The notes under the pieces were generated by a model. It worked only from the letters and a program-made list of their open reading frames with translations. It was not told the origin of the DNA and ran no database searches. DNA of 64,000 nt from positions 40,238,001-40,302,000 of the forward strand of contig OX597831.1 of the NCBI GenBank assembly GCA_951406725.2. Reading direction: 5' to 3'. Below, in pieces: positions 39,540 to 55,145 of this stretch (the stretch's first letter is position 1; the number at the start of each line of letters is the position of its first letter). Both the position numbers and the translations under genes were made by a program. The DNA comes from Octopus vulgaris (Eukaryota).

Positions 39540-40445
39540 TTAATAAGATGTCTGTTTATAGCCGTAAAACATTTCTCGTCAAATTTTGACATTTTTCAAA
39601 AATTTAAAATCTATATCAATGGGTAGGACAAATTTGACGAAAAAATGAACAGTCTGGGAGCGAACCCGTGTCGTCGTCATTTTTATACTTGTGCGTAAAA
39701 ATGGCGAAATTATACGCTACAGGGCATATTTTGTCAAATGTATTTCTTTACTGCCCACAAGAGGCTAAACATACAGGGGACAAACAAGAACAGACAAAGG
39801 GATTAAGTCGATTACATTGACCCCAGTGGGAAACTGGCACTTTATTTATCGACCCCGAAAGGATGAAAGGCAAAGTCGATCTCGGCGGAATCTGAACTCA
39901 GAACGTAACGACAGACGAAATACGGCTACGCATTTCGCCCGGCGTGCTAACGTTTCTGCCAGCTCGCCGCCTTTATATTTTGTCAAATAGATGTCACGAC
40001 GGCCAGTGCACAAAATGCCTAAATTTTGCTTGAGAAATAACATGATCTTAACCTGAAACGCTGGGGAATTACAACAACGAATTGAAATATAATAAGTTTT
40101 AGCAAATAATAACACTTCGCATTGAAATGAAAAATTAGCAAATGCTAAATAGACTACCGTTAATAAATAAGCTGTGTGTTTATACCCACGAAACATTTTT
40201 CATCAAATTTCGGAATTTTTCGTCAAATTGATTTCACGATGGTTAGTACGAAAAATGCCAAAATTTTACGATTTTTGAAAAATCGATGCTGATTAAAAAT
40301 CGATGTTTTTAAAATTCCAAGTGCGTGATTGACTGCAGCGGCATAAGCCCCTCACACGTGTCAAGTTTTATCAAGGTCTGTTGGATAGTCTCGGAGAAGT
40401 TAAAGTAACAAATTCACAAACGCACAGACTTGCCAGTTATTATAG
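39540..40445 (+). mobile_element. Possible non-autonomous Helitron/Helentron-like element with a SINE A inserted (39740-39972)
   Basis: 3' region AAGTTTTATCAAGG..GGATAGTCTCGGAGAAGTT..ACAGAC..TATAGAT resembles such elements; ATATTTTGTCAAAT flanks the SINE on both sides. Confidence 0.35.
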
Positions 40446-40558
40446 ATAAGTAGATAGGTAGAGGGACGAGCGAATAAACAGACAGTAAACAGTTAAGCAC
40501 ACAGACGATCGGATTGACAGAAAGACAGGCAGTTTGATAGATAGATAAATAGACAGAC

Positions 40559-40637
<79 letters not shown>

Positions 40638-40839
40638 CAGATATTGATCTATCTGATACGCCGTCGAATATGACGACGTGGGTTCAAGTTGATCCGATCC
40701 ACGGAACTGCCGACTCATGAAATTAACGTGTAAGTGGTTGAGTACTCCATGGACACGGCGTGACACAGAACGTGACATGGTCTGCCCTAATGAATTGCAG
40801 GTACAACTCATTTCTGTTTTAGACATGAGCTTAAACTGC

Positions 40840-41105
40840 CGGCGAGCTGGCAGAAACGTTAGCACGCCGAGTGAAATGTTTAGCGCTATTTCGTCTGCGT
40901 TACGTTGTGAGTTCAAATTCCGCCGAGGTCGACTTTGCCTTTCATCCTTTCGGGGTCGATAAATTAAGTACCAGTTACGCACTGGGGTCGATGTAATCGA
41001 CTTAATACCTATGTCTGTCCTTGTTTGTCCCCTCTGTGTTTAGCCCCTTGTGGGTAATAAAGAAATAGGTATTTCGTCTGTTTTTACGTTCTGAGTTCAA
41101 ATGCC
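40840..41105 (+). mobile_element. SINE family A
   Basis: Near-consensus body. Confidence 0.85.
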
Positions 41106-41149
41106 AACTCACCTTCTTCTTTAAAAGACGAAATACTGCTAAGCACTGA

Positions 41150-41550
41150 AGAATCAGTTATTACAACGAAAATGTTAGTCATTACTGCTGAAAGTCGGTT
41201 ATTACTGTTAAGGAGTCAGTAATCTTGATAAAGTGTTTGTTATTACAGTTAAAGAGTTATTGCTGACAAAGAATTGGTTATTATTGTAAAAGTGCTGGTT
41301 ATTACTTTTAAACAGTTTATTCTTACAGCTAAAAAGTTAGTTATTACTGTTTAAAAAGGGTCCTTTTATTGGTAATATATTGTTAAAGTGTTCGTTATTA
41401 GTACTAAAATGTTTGTTATTACTCTGTAAAAAGTGGGTTATTACTTTTTTTAAAAAGGAAGGATACTGTTTGTAAACAATAGGTTATTACAGCTAAAGAA
41501 TTAGTCTTTACTACTCAAGCGTTACTTAATAGTAAATACTAAGTTATTAT
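41150..41550. repeat. Degenerate ~22-bp minisatellite
   Basis: Recurring (G/A)GTTATTACTGTTAAAG. Confidence 0.6.
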
Positions 41551-41554
41551 ATAC

Positions 41555-42205
41555 TGATTTCGAATTTTGGCACAAGGCCAGCAATTTGTGTGGACGGGAC
41601 AAGTCGATCACATTGACCTCAGTGTTCAACTGGTACTTATTTTATCGACTCCGAAAGGATGAACGGCAAAGTCGACCTCGGCAGAATTTGATCTTCGTAT
41701 GTGAAGACGGACGAAATGCCGTTAAGAATAATAATCCTTTCTACTGCAGGCAAAAGGCTTAAAATTGTGAGGGAGGGGATTTGTCGATTACATTGATCCC
41801 AGTGTTTCACTGGTATTCAACTCATCGACCCTGAAAGAATAAAAGGCAAAGTCGACCTCGGCGGAATTTGAACTCAGAACGTAGCGACGGGTGAAATATC
41901 GCAAAGCTTTCCGCCCAGCGTGCCAATGATTCTCCCAGCTCGTCGCCTGTCAATAATATTAATAATAATAATAATCATGATAATAATGTTTTCTACTCTA
42001 GGCATAAGGCCTGAAATTTGGTGGCGGGGCGGGGGGACAGTCGTTTAGACCGACCTAAGTACGCAGCTGGTACTTAATTTATCGTCCCCGAAATGATGAA
42101 AGCAATGTCGACCTCGGCGGAATTTGAACTCAGCACGTAGCGATGGGCGAAATATCGCAAAAGCATTTCGTGCAGCGTGCTAACGATTCTCCCAGCTTGC
42201 TGCCT
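41555..42205 (-). mobile_element. Three consecutive SINE family A copies
   Basis: GTCGACCTCGGC(A/G)GAATTTGA occurs three times. Confidence 0.8.
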
Positions 42206-42208
42206 ATC

Positions 42209-42245
<37 letters not shown>

Positions 42246-42417
42246 TAACAACAACAACAAAATTATAAGATATATCGAGAAGTCTTCCCATAGCTGATCA
42301 CATTTGTAGATATTTAATTAGTTTTGTGGTCTAGTTTAGTTCGCTAGATAAACCTCGACTACAACAAGAAAAATAGCAACAACAACAGAAACGAAAATAA
42401 AGATTCAATGCAAACGC

Positions 42418-42484
<67 letters not shown>

Positions 42485-42490
42485 GAGATT

Positions 42491-42566
<76 letters not shown>

Positions 42567-42745
42567 GTATGTATGCATGTGTGTATGTATGTGTGTGTGT
42601 GTGTATGTGTGTATGGGGGAAGAAATGGAGAAATTTGGAATGCATGATGCGACAGGTTTAATATAAAAGAGACAACGAACCTATATACCACCTTACACTT
42701 AGATACATATTCCAATCACATGCCGAAGATCCATACAAACAAGGG

Positions 42746-42800
<55 letters not shown>

Positions 42801-43121
42801 TGTGTGCGTGTGTGTGTGTGTCTGTTATTAGATATGGATGCACGAATGTCGCCGAGAAATGGCGAAGATGAAAACAAGAGCGGAAAAAGATAAAATACAC
42901 ATATACGGAATTATGTCGATAATCGAATAAAAACCAGCTCATCTCTACCACCACCACCACCACCGCCACCACCACCACCACTACACACGCACACACATAT
43001 ATATATATATACAGCAACCAGCCTTGCTCTTCGCCTCGATATAGTACCTCCTACTTGTCCTCATTTTATTTAATAAATAAACCTCGTATCAACTCCACAC
43101 ATACATATTTGCATGTGTGTG

Positions 43122-43195
<74 letters not shown>

Positions 43196-43228
43196 GTATC
43201 CCTGTTTATATGTATATTTACGTAAATG

Positions 43229-43291
<63 letters not shown>

Positions 43292-43532
43292 GTGCGTGTG
43301 TGTGTGTATACAAATGCGTATGGTTGTGACAAGTTCATATGTATGCATATATTCTCGTATATATTATATCTGAAGGCTAATATCCAACTTACACACTGCT
43401 AGGCATGAATGAAGTTCTCTCTCTCTCCCTCTTTCAATTTTTGCGTACATACATACATACATACATACACATACATACACACATATATGTATATTCCCTG
43501 TCCATCTATCTGTCTGTCTATCTGTCTATCTA

Positions 43533-43614
<82 letters not shown>

Positions 43615-43636
43615 CATCTATCTATCTATCTATCTA

Positions 43637-43699
<63 letters not shown>

Positions 43700-43704
43700 G
43701 TCTG

Positions 43705-43741
<37 letters not shown>

Positions 43742-43782
43742 GTCTATTTGTCTGTTTGATTATCTGTCTGTCTGTGTATCGA

Positions 43783-43894
<112 letters not shown>

Positions 43895-44107
43895 TGTGTA
43901 TATATATATATATATACACACATCATACATACATACATACATACATACATATGTGTGCACATGCTTTTATGAGTATCGCTATGCAAATATATGAATATAT
44001 ATATGCATATATTAGCTCATAGGCACACTCATACACGCACTCCCGCAGAGAGAGAGAGAGGGAGAGAGAGAGACAGATGTGGGAGGGGAGATAGAAAAGG
44101 AGAGATT

Positions 44108-44151
<44 letters not shown>

Positions 44152-44541
44152 TACACACACACACACATGCATGCGTAAACAGATGAGATCAATTTTGAAA
44201 ATGTCACCAATACCCTTAGTCTCTCCAAAAATATGCACCACTTTTCCTGGTTTCCGAAAATTATTCCATCTTCCTCAATGGTTCTATCACGTCTCTCTCT
44301 CTCTCTCTCTCTCGCCCTCTTTCCCTTTCCTCCCCCTCTTTCACTCTCTCCATCTCTCTCTTCCCTTTGTTTCTTTCTTTCTCGCTATCTCTCTTTCTCT
44401 TCGTCTATCTCTCTCCATCTGTCTGTCTCTGTCTCTCTCCCTCTCTCTCTGTCTTGTATTCTCTCTTTCCTCCACTCCGTGTCTTTTTCTTCAAAATAAC
44501 GCATTTTGATTTTCTCATATTCTGTCAAAATCTCACTCTCT

Positions 44542-44580
<39 letters not shown>

Positions 44581-44592
44581 CCCTCCTCACTG

Positions 44593-44639
<47 letters not shown>

Positions 44640-44931
44640 AATCACTCTATCTCCATCTCCCAGTTACATTATCCGTTTCTGTCTCTTTTCCATAAGCTCA
44701 ATCATAGTCTCTCCTGTTTCTCTTTCTGGATTTCCCTCTCCCTCACACACCCCCACTCTCTCTCTTTCTCTCTTTCTCTATCTCTCTCTCTCTCTTTCTC
44801 TCTTTCTCTTTCTCCCTCTTTCTCTTTCGATCTCCCTCGCTCGGATAGGATTATAAACACTTGCTGAAAAATCCTGTTAGCTCAACTTAATTTCAACATA
44901 ACAACAACAGCAACAACTATTACCACCACTA

Positions 44932-45004
<73 letters not shown>

Positions 45005-45023
45005 AACTACTACTACTACTACA

Positions 45024-45075
<52 letters not shown>

Positions 45076-45289
45076 AAGCAAAGACAAAAATAGTAGTAGT
45101 AGTATAGTAATAACTATGATGATAATAATAATGATAATAATCATAAATAACAACAAAGAAAAATGAACAATATAAATAAAAAAAATACTTATAGTAATAT
45201 CTACATAACCATAATATCGATGACAACGATGACGATGATGATGATGATGATGATGATGACTTCAATAATAATAATAATAATAATAATAA

Positions 45290-45320
<31 letters not shown>

Positions 45321-45672
45321 AAGAAGAAGAAGAAAGAAAAAGAAGAAGAAGAAGAAGAAGAAGAAGAAGAAGAAGAAGAAGAAGAAGAAGAAGAAGAAGA
45401 AAGGGAAATAAGACAATTGCAAAAATAACAATAGGAATGTTCCACTCACAAGGATAGATTCTTATATATACACGCATGCGCACACGTATGCACACACACA
45501 CATTTGTTCACGCACAAATATGCATACAGACGCATACACAGACATACACGCTGTAATTTCTCTAGGGAAATAATATTCTTACTGTGATGTCTTCCTTAGA
45601 CAGAATGTAGCCCAACATTAAATGCGTGTGTGTGTGTGTGTGTGTGTACGTGTACATATAAGCATACATGTA

Positions 45673-45727
<55 letters not shown>

Positions 45728-45817
45728 ATATACATCCATCCATATATATATATATATATGATTGTATTCATATATGCATATATATATATCGATCTATCAA
45801 TACACACATGTTAATAC

Positions 45818-45848
<31 letters not shown>

Positions 45849-45862
45849 CATACATACATACA

Positions 45863-45908
<46 letters not shown>

Positions 45909-46028
45909 TATATATATTAACCCCTTTTACATGTCTCATATAAAGTAATTGTATATATATATATATATATAAATCTATATATATACACATGAAAATACGT
46001 GTATGGATATGAATATATGTTTATATGT

Positions 46029-46082
<54 letters not shown>

Positions 46083-46178
46083 GTGTGTGTATGTATATAT
46101 ATACATATATATACATATACAATTATATAACGTATGTATATGCGCGTGCGTATATGAATGGGAGTGCGTGTGTGTATG

Positions 46179-46225
<47 letters not shown>

Positions 46226-46412
46226 GCGTGTGAATACACTTCAACAATTCATTCAAGTTTTATACCGATGGAAACTCGTCTTTCTAATGCAAAGCGTCTC
46301 TACCTTGGAAATCAGTTTTTCTGCCATTGGGAGACTCACAGAAATGTATTGCATTCCAAATGATCACTTAACTTTATGCCGCTGAATATTACTTTTGTAA
46401 ACCTATCAATTT

Positions 46413-46561
<149 letters not shown>

Positions 46562-46577
46562 CATATGTATATATATT

Positions 46578-46610
<33 letters not shown>

Positions 46611-46617
46611 CACATAC

Positions 46618-46706
<89 letters not shown>

Positions 46707-46720
46707 TATACATATGCATA

Positions 46721-46919
46721 TATAATACAGGACAATCAGTATTTGGTTATAATAATACTCAGAGTTTCAAATATTAGATCTGAGAGTTTCTAGACGTTTT
46801 TCATCATCTATTAAGATAAGAACGCGTTCTTGTCTTAATTACAAATGAAAAATGCTTAGAAGCTCTCAATTCTGGTATTTGAAACTCTGAGTATTAAGTA
46901 TGACAACTTACTGATTGTC

Positions 46920-46929
<10 letters not shown>
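46721..46929 (+). repeat. ~100-bp-arm imperfect hairpin with G-U wobble bias
   Basis: Centre AAGAACGCGTTCTT (46818-46831); outer arms AGGACAATCAGTA/TACTGATTGTCCT; flanked by microsatellites. Confidence 0.8.
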
Positions 46930-46989
<60 letters not shown>

Positions 46990-47153
46990 TAGATAGATAG
47001 ATAGATAGATAAATTACTTTATTTACACAATATCGAGGTCTCATTCATTCTTTTGTTGTCATATGATTATTATTATTAATATATGTACATATATATATAT
47101 ATATAATGATAAATATCAAAGTGAGTTATATACAGTAGCAGTAACACATCGTG

Positions 47154-47352
47154 ACGTATATTTGCCATTTCAATATGGCTACCCCTAAGGGTGGATGCTA
47201 CTGTAGTTTTAGCCCCAGGAGGACTCACTCTTCCAGCTGGCCATAGACACACAAGTGTGTCTATGGCCAGCTGGAGGAGTGTGTCCTCCTGGGGCTAAAA
47301 ACTACAGTAGCATCCACCCTTAGGGGTAGCCATATTGAAATGGCAAATATAC

Positions 47353-47354
<2 letters not shown>
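47154..47354. repeat. Near-perfect 200-bp palindrome (fold-back of a dispersed repeat)
   Basis: ~99-bp arms around a 2-nt loop (47253-47254); the arm is homologous to 57712-57830 and 58092-58150. Confidence 0.9.
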
Positions 47355-47410
<56 letters not shown>

Positions 47411-47987
47411 GTATATATGTATATGTATATATGTATATGTATATACATTTGTATATAGATTTTTATTTAAGAAAAAGTGCGAGCGCGTGAATGCATGCAA
47501 AGCAATAGTTTAACGTTTAAACATTCTAAACCCAGTCTTCCGAATGTAGACAACGTTAGTTATGTTTTTCTATACGTTAAGGCCGATCATTAGTGCCTCT
47601 TATTCGCATTTGAGCAGCTTTTCAATGCTCTAAATTACAATCAAAAGCAAATTTCCTTTCTCTTTTGTTAGATTAAAGCTTAGACTTTTGTAATAAAAAT
47701 GTCGGCAAGTTATAATATTATATCACGTGAGCCTGTTTTCGCCATTTTTTTTATATGATAGTTTAGCGAGTGATTCTTTTTTATAGTTACCTTTTTCATT
47801 TAATCAACTTCACAAAAAGAATTGTTTTCATATTTTTCAATTCTACAAAATTACGATATGAAACAACATATGTGTATATGTAAACATAAATATACATACA
47901 CATTTATCTACACAGACACACAGACATACATACACACACGAATCTATCTATCTATCTAGCTAGCTAGCTATCTATCTACCAACCTAC

Positions 47988-48083
<96 letters not shown>

Positions 48084-48099
48084 ATATTTATATATATAC

Positions 48100-48505
48100 T
48101 CTTTACTCTCTCTTTTACTCTTTTACTTGTTTCAGTCATTTGACTGCGGCCATGCTGGAGCACCGCCTTTAGTCGAGCAAATCGACTCCGGGACTTATTC
48201 TTTGTAAGCCCAGTACTTATTCTATTGGTCTATTTTGCCGAACCGCTAAGTGACGGGGACGTAAACACACCAACATCGGCTGTCAAGCAATGCTAGGGGG
48301 ACAAACATAGACACACAAACACACACACACATATACATATACACATATATACGACAGGCTTCTTTCAGTTTCCGTCTACCAAATCCACTCACAAGGCATT
48401 GGTCGGCCCGGGGCTATAGCAGAAGACACTTGCCCAAGATGCCACGCAGTGGGACTGAACCCGGAACCATGTGGTTGGTTAGCAAGCTACTTACCACACA
48501 GCCAC
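48100..48505 (-). mobile_element. SINE family B
   Basis: Full body. Confidence 0.88.
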
Positions 48506-49272
48506 AAATAGATAGATAAACTTAAATTAAGCAGAAGATGGAAAAATCTTGATCAATAATAATTGACTATCATCGATTGTTATTTTTTAATACTAAACTT
48601 TATCCCATCTAACAGCCGTTTCTGCTTCCAATGTCCTATGGTGCTGCCATTGAAAATTCTGAGAATAATACTCGTCATATTTTGTAACACATCCAATCTG
48701 GAACATGGAGCTTCATCAGAGTGAAGAAAAATACATAAAGAAAAAAAGGAAGCGGATGTACCTCGAGAGGAAGAATGAAGTCTTAATATATTTAAATCAT
48801 ACCGTTTTGCAGTGTATCGCTTCAGGTCGTTGAGTAAATGATTAAACTAGAAATATTAATTGGTGGGTTAATCTTTCTTTAGGGGTGACAGGGTTTATAA
48901 ATAATAAAAAGTAAAATAAATACTTTACCGTAACGGGATACGTCAATAGGTCTAGAATAAGAGGGAGTGATAGTACCATGACGTTTAGAAGTAATCATAA
49001 TAGTTCTTAATTAATAGTTCTTAATTAATAGTTAATAGTACTAATTAATAGTTAATCATAATAATGTTCGTCCTTCGGGTTCGAAGATGACCATTGACAT
49101 CATAATAGTAATCATAATAGTTCTTAATTAATAGTTAATAGTACTAATTAATAGTTAATCCTAATAAAATGCCCATCAATTAGTTACAATTATTTACTTA
49201 CTGATTTGTTGTAAAGACCAACCACCTATTGCCCGTAATGGGATTGACCAAAGTCCAGCTATCGATAATAAT

Positions 49273-50306
49273 AACAAGAGCACTCAGAGAGCGCAAGCCT
49301 CCGCCAAGGCAACACCAATTAGCCAGAGATGTTTTCAACGATTAGCCAGAGATGTTTTCTAAAATGAAAGTATCTGAAATAAACTTGACTGCTCTAACAA
49401 GCGAGAATACTAAAAATGAACCCGACCGCTCTCAAAAATAAAGTAAAAAAGATGGAAAATTAATCCAGAATATTTGTCCGGTAACTGATTGATCCCAATG
49501 GTAGTCAAGGAATGTGAAGGTGGGTGTGAGGGTCATGTTTGTAATGCTGTGTGTGTGTGTCGTCTGCAGTGGGAACAGGAACAGTTTTCTCAATGAAGAC
49601 CTTTTTTAGTCTATCCACTGATATAGTGTCTTTACGACCATTAAGGTCTATATTGAAAAATTTATCCGTGCATGAAAAAAAAACCGAATGGACGTGCATG
49701 AAAGAAAACGGAAAGGACGTGCACACGGTGCTGTTAACGGAGGTTTAACAACATCGTTGCGCACAAAAACGTGAGTAAAGTAAAGCTTCTTTCAAAGGTA
49801 GAACTAAAAGTGCTATTGTCAGGTAGATAAGAGGTTTTTAAACAGGAGCGATATATTCAAGATTGGTAAAACTAAAAATTGTCGAGGATGAATTAAATTT
49901 ATTATTGTTGCTGAATATGTTGGTGATATTTAATTCCCGAACGGTTTTGCTGCCGTTTGTTTACGTAGTTCTTTATCCATCAGTTTCTATTAAGATAGAG
50001 ACGCGAGTAAACTTAATAATAGAGAAACGAAAATAAAACTCTGGAAACAGCGATGCCGCCATAACTTACGTGGAAAGAGATAATCAGAGAAAGACTTGAA
50101 AGTGAACGTAAGATCGTAACACTTCATGTAAAGTAAAGTAAATATAACAAATAATCCAGAATCCTTGTCCGGTACCGCATCGATCCCAAAATCTAATCAG
50201 TTTCTGCCAGTCACGAGGCCGAATATTCCTGAAAGTTTCATCCGAATTCATCCAGCAGTTCTTGAGATATTTTGTCCACGGCAAACAAACAAACACGACT
50301 AAAAAC
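49273..50306 (+). mobile_element. Possible non-autonomous Helentron-like element, interrupted
   Basis: Starts ACAAGAGCACTCAGAGAGCGCAAGCCTCCGCCAAGG; AATCCAGAAT..GTCCGGTA..GATCCCAA occurs at ~49460 and ~50155; ends AAAGTTTCATCC..GAGATATTTTG..ACAAACAAAC. Confidence 0.4.
49560..49780 (-). pseudogene. Gypsy-type integrase C-terminal fragment
   Basis: HVFVRNDVVKPPL..P..PF and DKFFNIDLNGRKDTISVDRLK (GPY/F region), frameshifted. Confidence 0.65.
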
Positions 50307-50329
50307 GAAGGTAAGAATAGCATCAAAAC

Positions 50330-51207
<878 letters not shown>

Positions 51208-51228
51208 GTAATAATAATAATAATGGGG

Positions 51229-51288
<60 letters not shown>

Positions 51289-51305
51289 GTAATAATAATA
51301 ATAAC

Positions 51306-51477
<172 letters not shown>

Positions 51478-51492
51478 GTAATAATAATAATA

Positions 51493-52133
51493 GCAGTACC
51501 AGGCAGTCTGCCCTGATGCAGTACCAGGCAGTCTGCCCTGATGCAATACCAGGTAACTGCCCTGATGCAGTACCAGGCAGTCTGCCCTGATGCAGTACCA
51601 GGCAGTGGCTCTCGTGGCTTCTGATCTTAACTGATTGGAAGTGTTATCATCTACATTGTTTTGTCTTGGTATAAAAGATGGGCTACAGCAAATATTCTGC
51701 TCAATACCACAGATGTGCTTGTCAGTTGTTTGACCTTAACCAGATGAGCATGTCCCTTAGTGTCTGACAACATGTACATCTCTGATCATGAGCAGAAGTA
51801 GTGGGGGAGCATCATAGCCGTGTGTTGAAAGTAATTCTTAGAGGTTTGGATAATTCACCATTGGAAACATGGTTCGCTCAGCATCCTTAAACAATCCTTA
51901 TTCAGGGACCGTTTGAGCGTAATGGGCTACTCGATCAGAAGTAAATTCTAACTGGGTCCCACCTGCAAGGTCATGCACTGTTTATCTCGATATGAGATCA
52001 GCATGTCGCGCACATATGGTTGTGATGCATGTGCTTAGTGTACTCTTATCAGACGGGAAGTCATGATGGGTATACTGGGCTTCGTATATTTTACCCCAGT
52101 ATCACTTTGATGGCATGCACTGCTCTCACACTC
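51493..52133 (+). mobile_element. Non-coding element between (TAA)n tracts with ~25-bp tandem repeats at its 5' end
   Basis: GCAGTACCAGGCAGTCTGCCCTGAT x~4.5 at 51493-51605; second fragment at 25-78; ends CTCACACTC(AAT)n. Confidence 0.6.
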
Positions 52134-53549
52134 AATAATAATAATAATGCTTTCAAACATTGCCACAGGGCAGCTTTTGGTGCGAGGGGATGAGTCGATT
52201 ACATCGATTCCAGTGTTGAACTGGTACTTATTTTATCGACCCCGAATGGATGAAAGGCAAAACCAGCCTCGGCGGAATTTGAGCTCAGAACGTATGTCCG
52301 AACGAAATGCCGCTAAGCATTCTGCAGTCATAATAATAACAATGATGATCATGATCATCATCATCATCATCATCATCAACATCATATTTGTACATTAATC
52401 AAATCAGATAAAACTCAATAATGGAAAAGTAATGCTTCAAATCAATCCAAAGATGTTTCTACGCCCGTTCATTTAAGCAATGAAGCATTTTAGGATATTC
52501 AAAGCATTTTCTTGGCTCCAAAAGATTGTAGGTGCACTCCCTACATCCTCTGTTCCTGAGCCTGTGATTATGTGTATATTTCTGGGTGTGCGAGCTTTCG
52601 TGTGTGTTTGTGCACGCGCACATGTTTTTCACCAGGGGAAACAAAAAACACAACAACGTGACCATCCAAACGATTTGGCACGGCTGTTCGAATGTGCCAA
52701 AATATCAGTGACCACACAGACGTGCCAAATCTTCTCGTTTTGCATACCACAAACCATCTAGTCCAATGCCCTTACAATTTTTTCCACTCACAGTCTTGGA
52801 TTGGCGCTTTTTATTGACACCAAAACAATGAAATGTTAAGTTGACTATAAATATAGCAGGGTTTGAACGCGAAGATTCGGAACAAATTCCACGAGGCGTT
52901 CTCGCCAACACTTCTAACAACTCAGCCAATTTAATGCGTTATTAACTGAGGTTATGAATTCTTAGATACGTAGATGACATAAACCTTGTCTTTAAAGCAA
53001 TCTCACAAAAAAATAATAATACACAAGAATTAAAAGTGACCCCTAAACATTAGTATATTAACAGAGCTAATACAAGCAAAAGTGTGGAGTCTATTGAACG
53101 GGGACTCAGGGACTTATTGATGGTAATGATTGGATCTGTAACGGCTTAAGTCTAACACCTTAGGTTTCATAGATGAACACCATGAAAACTGGCCTGGCCT
53201 TGGGTTAAACAACATTACACCCTCCATCTCCAATTCATCAGCACCTTTACCAGGAACAACAACCGTGAGCCAAAAACAAGGCTTCTAATTGGGTCTATCG
53301 ATCTTTCAAAAATAGCGGCCAAATCTCATTCTAATCATACGCTGCTGCCTTAAATTAGAAAGACAGAAGATAATAATGTAGTTGTAGATAGACGGTGTCC
53401 GAAAAATCGATGGCTGGAATGCCTTTGATCATCGGTCTTCGCGATAAGGTAAGACCTCAGGCTATACCACAATAACACCACCTAAATCATTATGACGCAC
53501 ACACATACACATATACACACAAACACACATACATACGAATGCACACACA

Positions 53550-53610
<61 letters not shown>

Positions 53611-53738
53611 ATACTCACTCTCGCATGCAAAAATATAAAGATATGGTCATATGTGTATATATTTATATATACACATATGAATACCGACATATATCTTTTG
53701 ATAAATAGTTGTTTCTGTATGTAATTGTACATACGTAC

Positions 53739-53769
<31 letters not shown>

Positions 53770-54008
53770 TGTATGTATGTATGTATGTATGAACGTATGT
53801 ATGTATGCATGTATGTATGTATATATGGATGGATGTATATATGTATGTATGTATGTATTTATGCACACACACACATATATGTATACAGACATATACACAC
53901 ACGTACATACGTGTATACATATATGTAAATTAATATATATATATATGTGTGTATGCTTATGTATGTACATATACATATGCACACGCATCTATAATTATCT
54001 GTCTATCA

Positions 54009-54106
<98 letters not shown>

Positions 54107-54309
54107 TTCACAGTCTCGCACACACACACACACACTCTCTCTCTCTCTCTCTCTCTTTCTCTGTATGTTTATATAAGTGCGCGCGCGTGTGTGTGTGTGT
54201 GCACATATATATGCAAACATTATACACATCTTCGTTTTTATACTGATGATTATGTTGACGGTGACGTAGATGATGATGATGATGATGAAGATGATGATAA
54301 TGAGGAAGA

Positions 54310-54369
<60 letters not shown>

Positions 54370-54478
54370 TGTAGTAGTAGTAGTAGAAGAAGAAGAAGAA
54401 GAAGAAGAAGAAGAAGAAGATGCTGATGATGATGGTGAGGAAGAAGAAGAAGAAGAAGAAGAAGAAGAAGAAGAAGAA

Positions 54479-54535
<57 letters not shown>

Positions 54536-54719
54536 ACAGCTACTGCTGCTGCTGCTGAGGATGATGATGATGACGACGACGACGACGATGACGACGATCA
54601 TTTACGATGAAGCTAGTCGCAGAGATGGTGTCACACGGCGAACAGAAGGCAGTCCACCCGCTCACCTCCTCCGCACCTCCTACAAAACGCATAAACCAAC
54701 AAAAACCTAACCACCCAAC

Positions 54720-54914
54720 AAACCATCCATCCATCCATCCATCCATCCAAACATCCATCCATCCATCCATCCATCCATCCATCCGTACATACATACATAC
54801 ATACATCCATCCATCCATCCGTACATACATACATACATACATACATACATCCATCCATCCATCCATCCAACCATCCATCCATCCATCCAACCATCCATCC
54901 ATCCATCCATCCAT

Positions 54915-54945
<31 letters not shown>

Positions 54946-55145
54946 ACCATCCATCCATCCATCCATCCATCCATCCATCCATCCATCAATCCATCCATCC
55001 AACCATCCATCCATCCATCCATCCATCCATCCATCCATCCATCCATCCATCATCCATCCATCCATCCATCCATCCATCCATCCATCCATCCATCCATCCA
55101 TCCATCCATCCATCTATCCATCCATCCATCCATCCATCCATCCGT
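54720..55145. repeat. (CCAT)n microsatellite, representative of very many (TA), (CA), (GA), (TACA), (GATA), (TAA), (GAA), (TAC) tracts
   Basis: Direct reading. Confidence 0.95.

Noticed and set aside
51493-51605. 25-bp repeats as a CRISPR array
   Set aside because: No unique spacers, no cas genes, eukaryotic context
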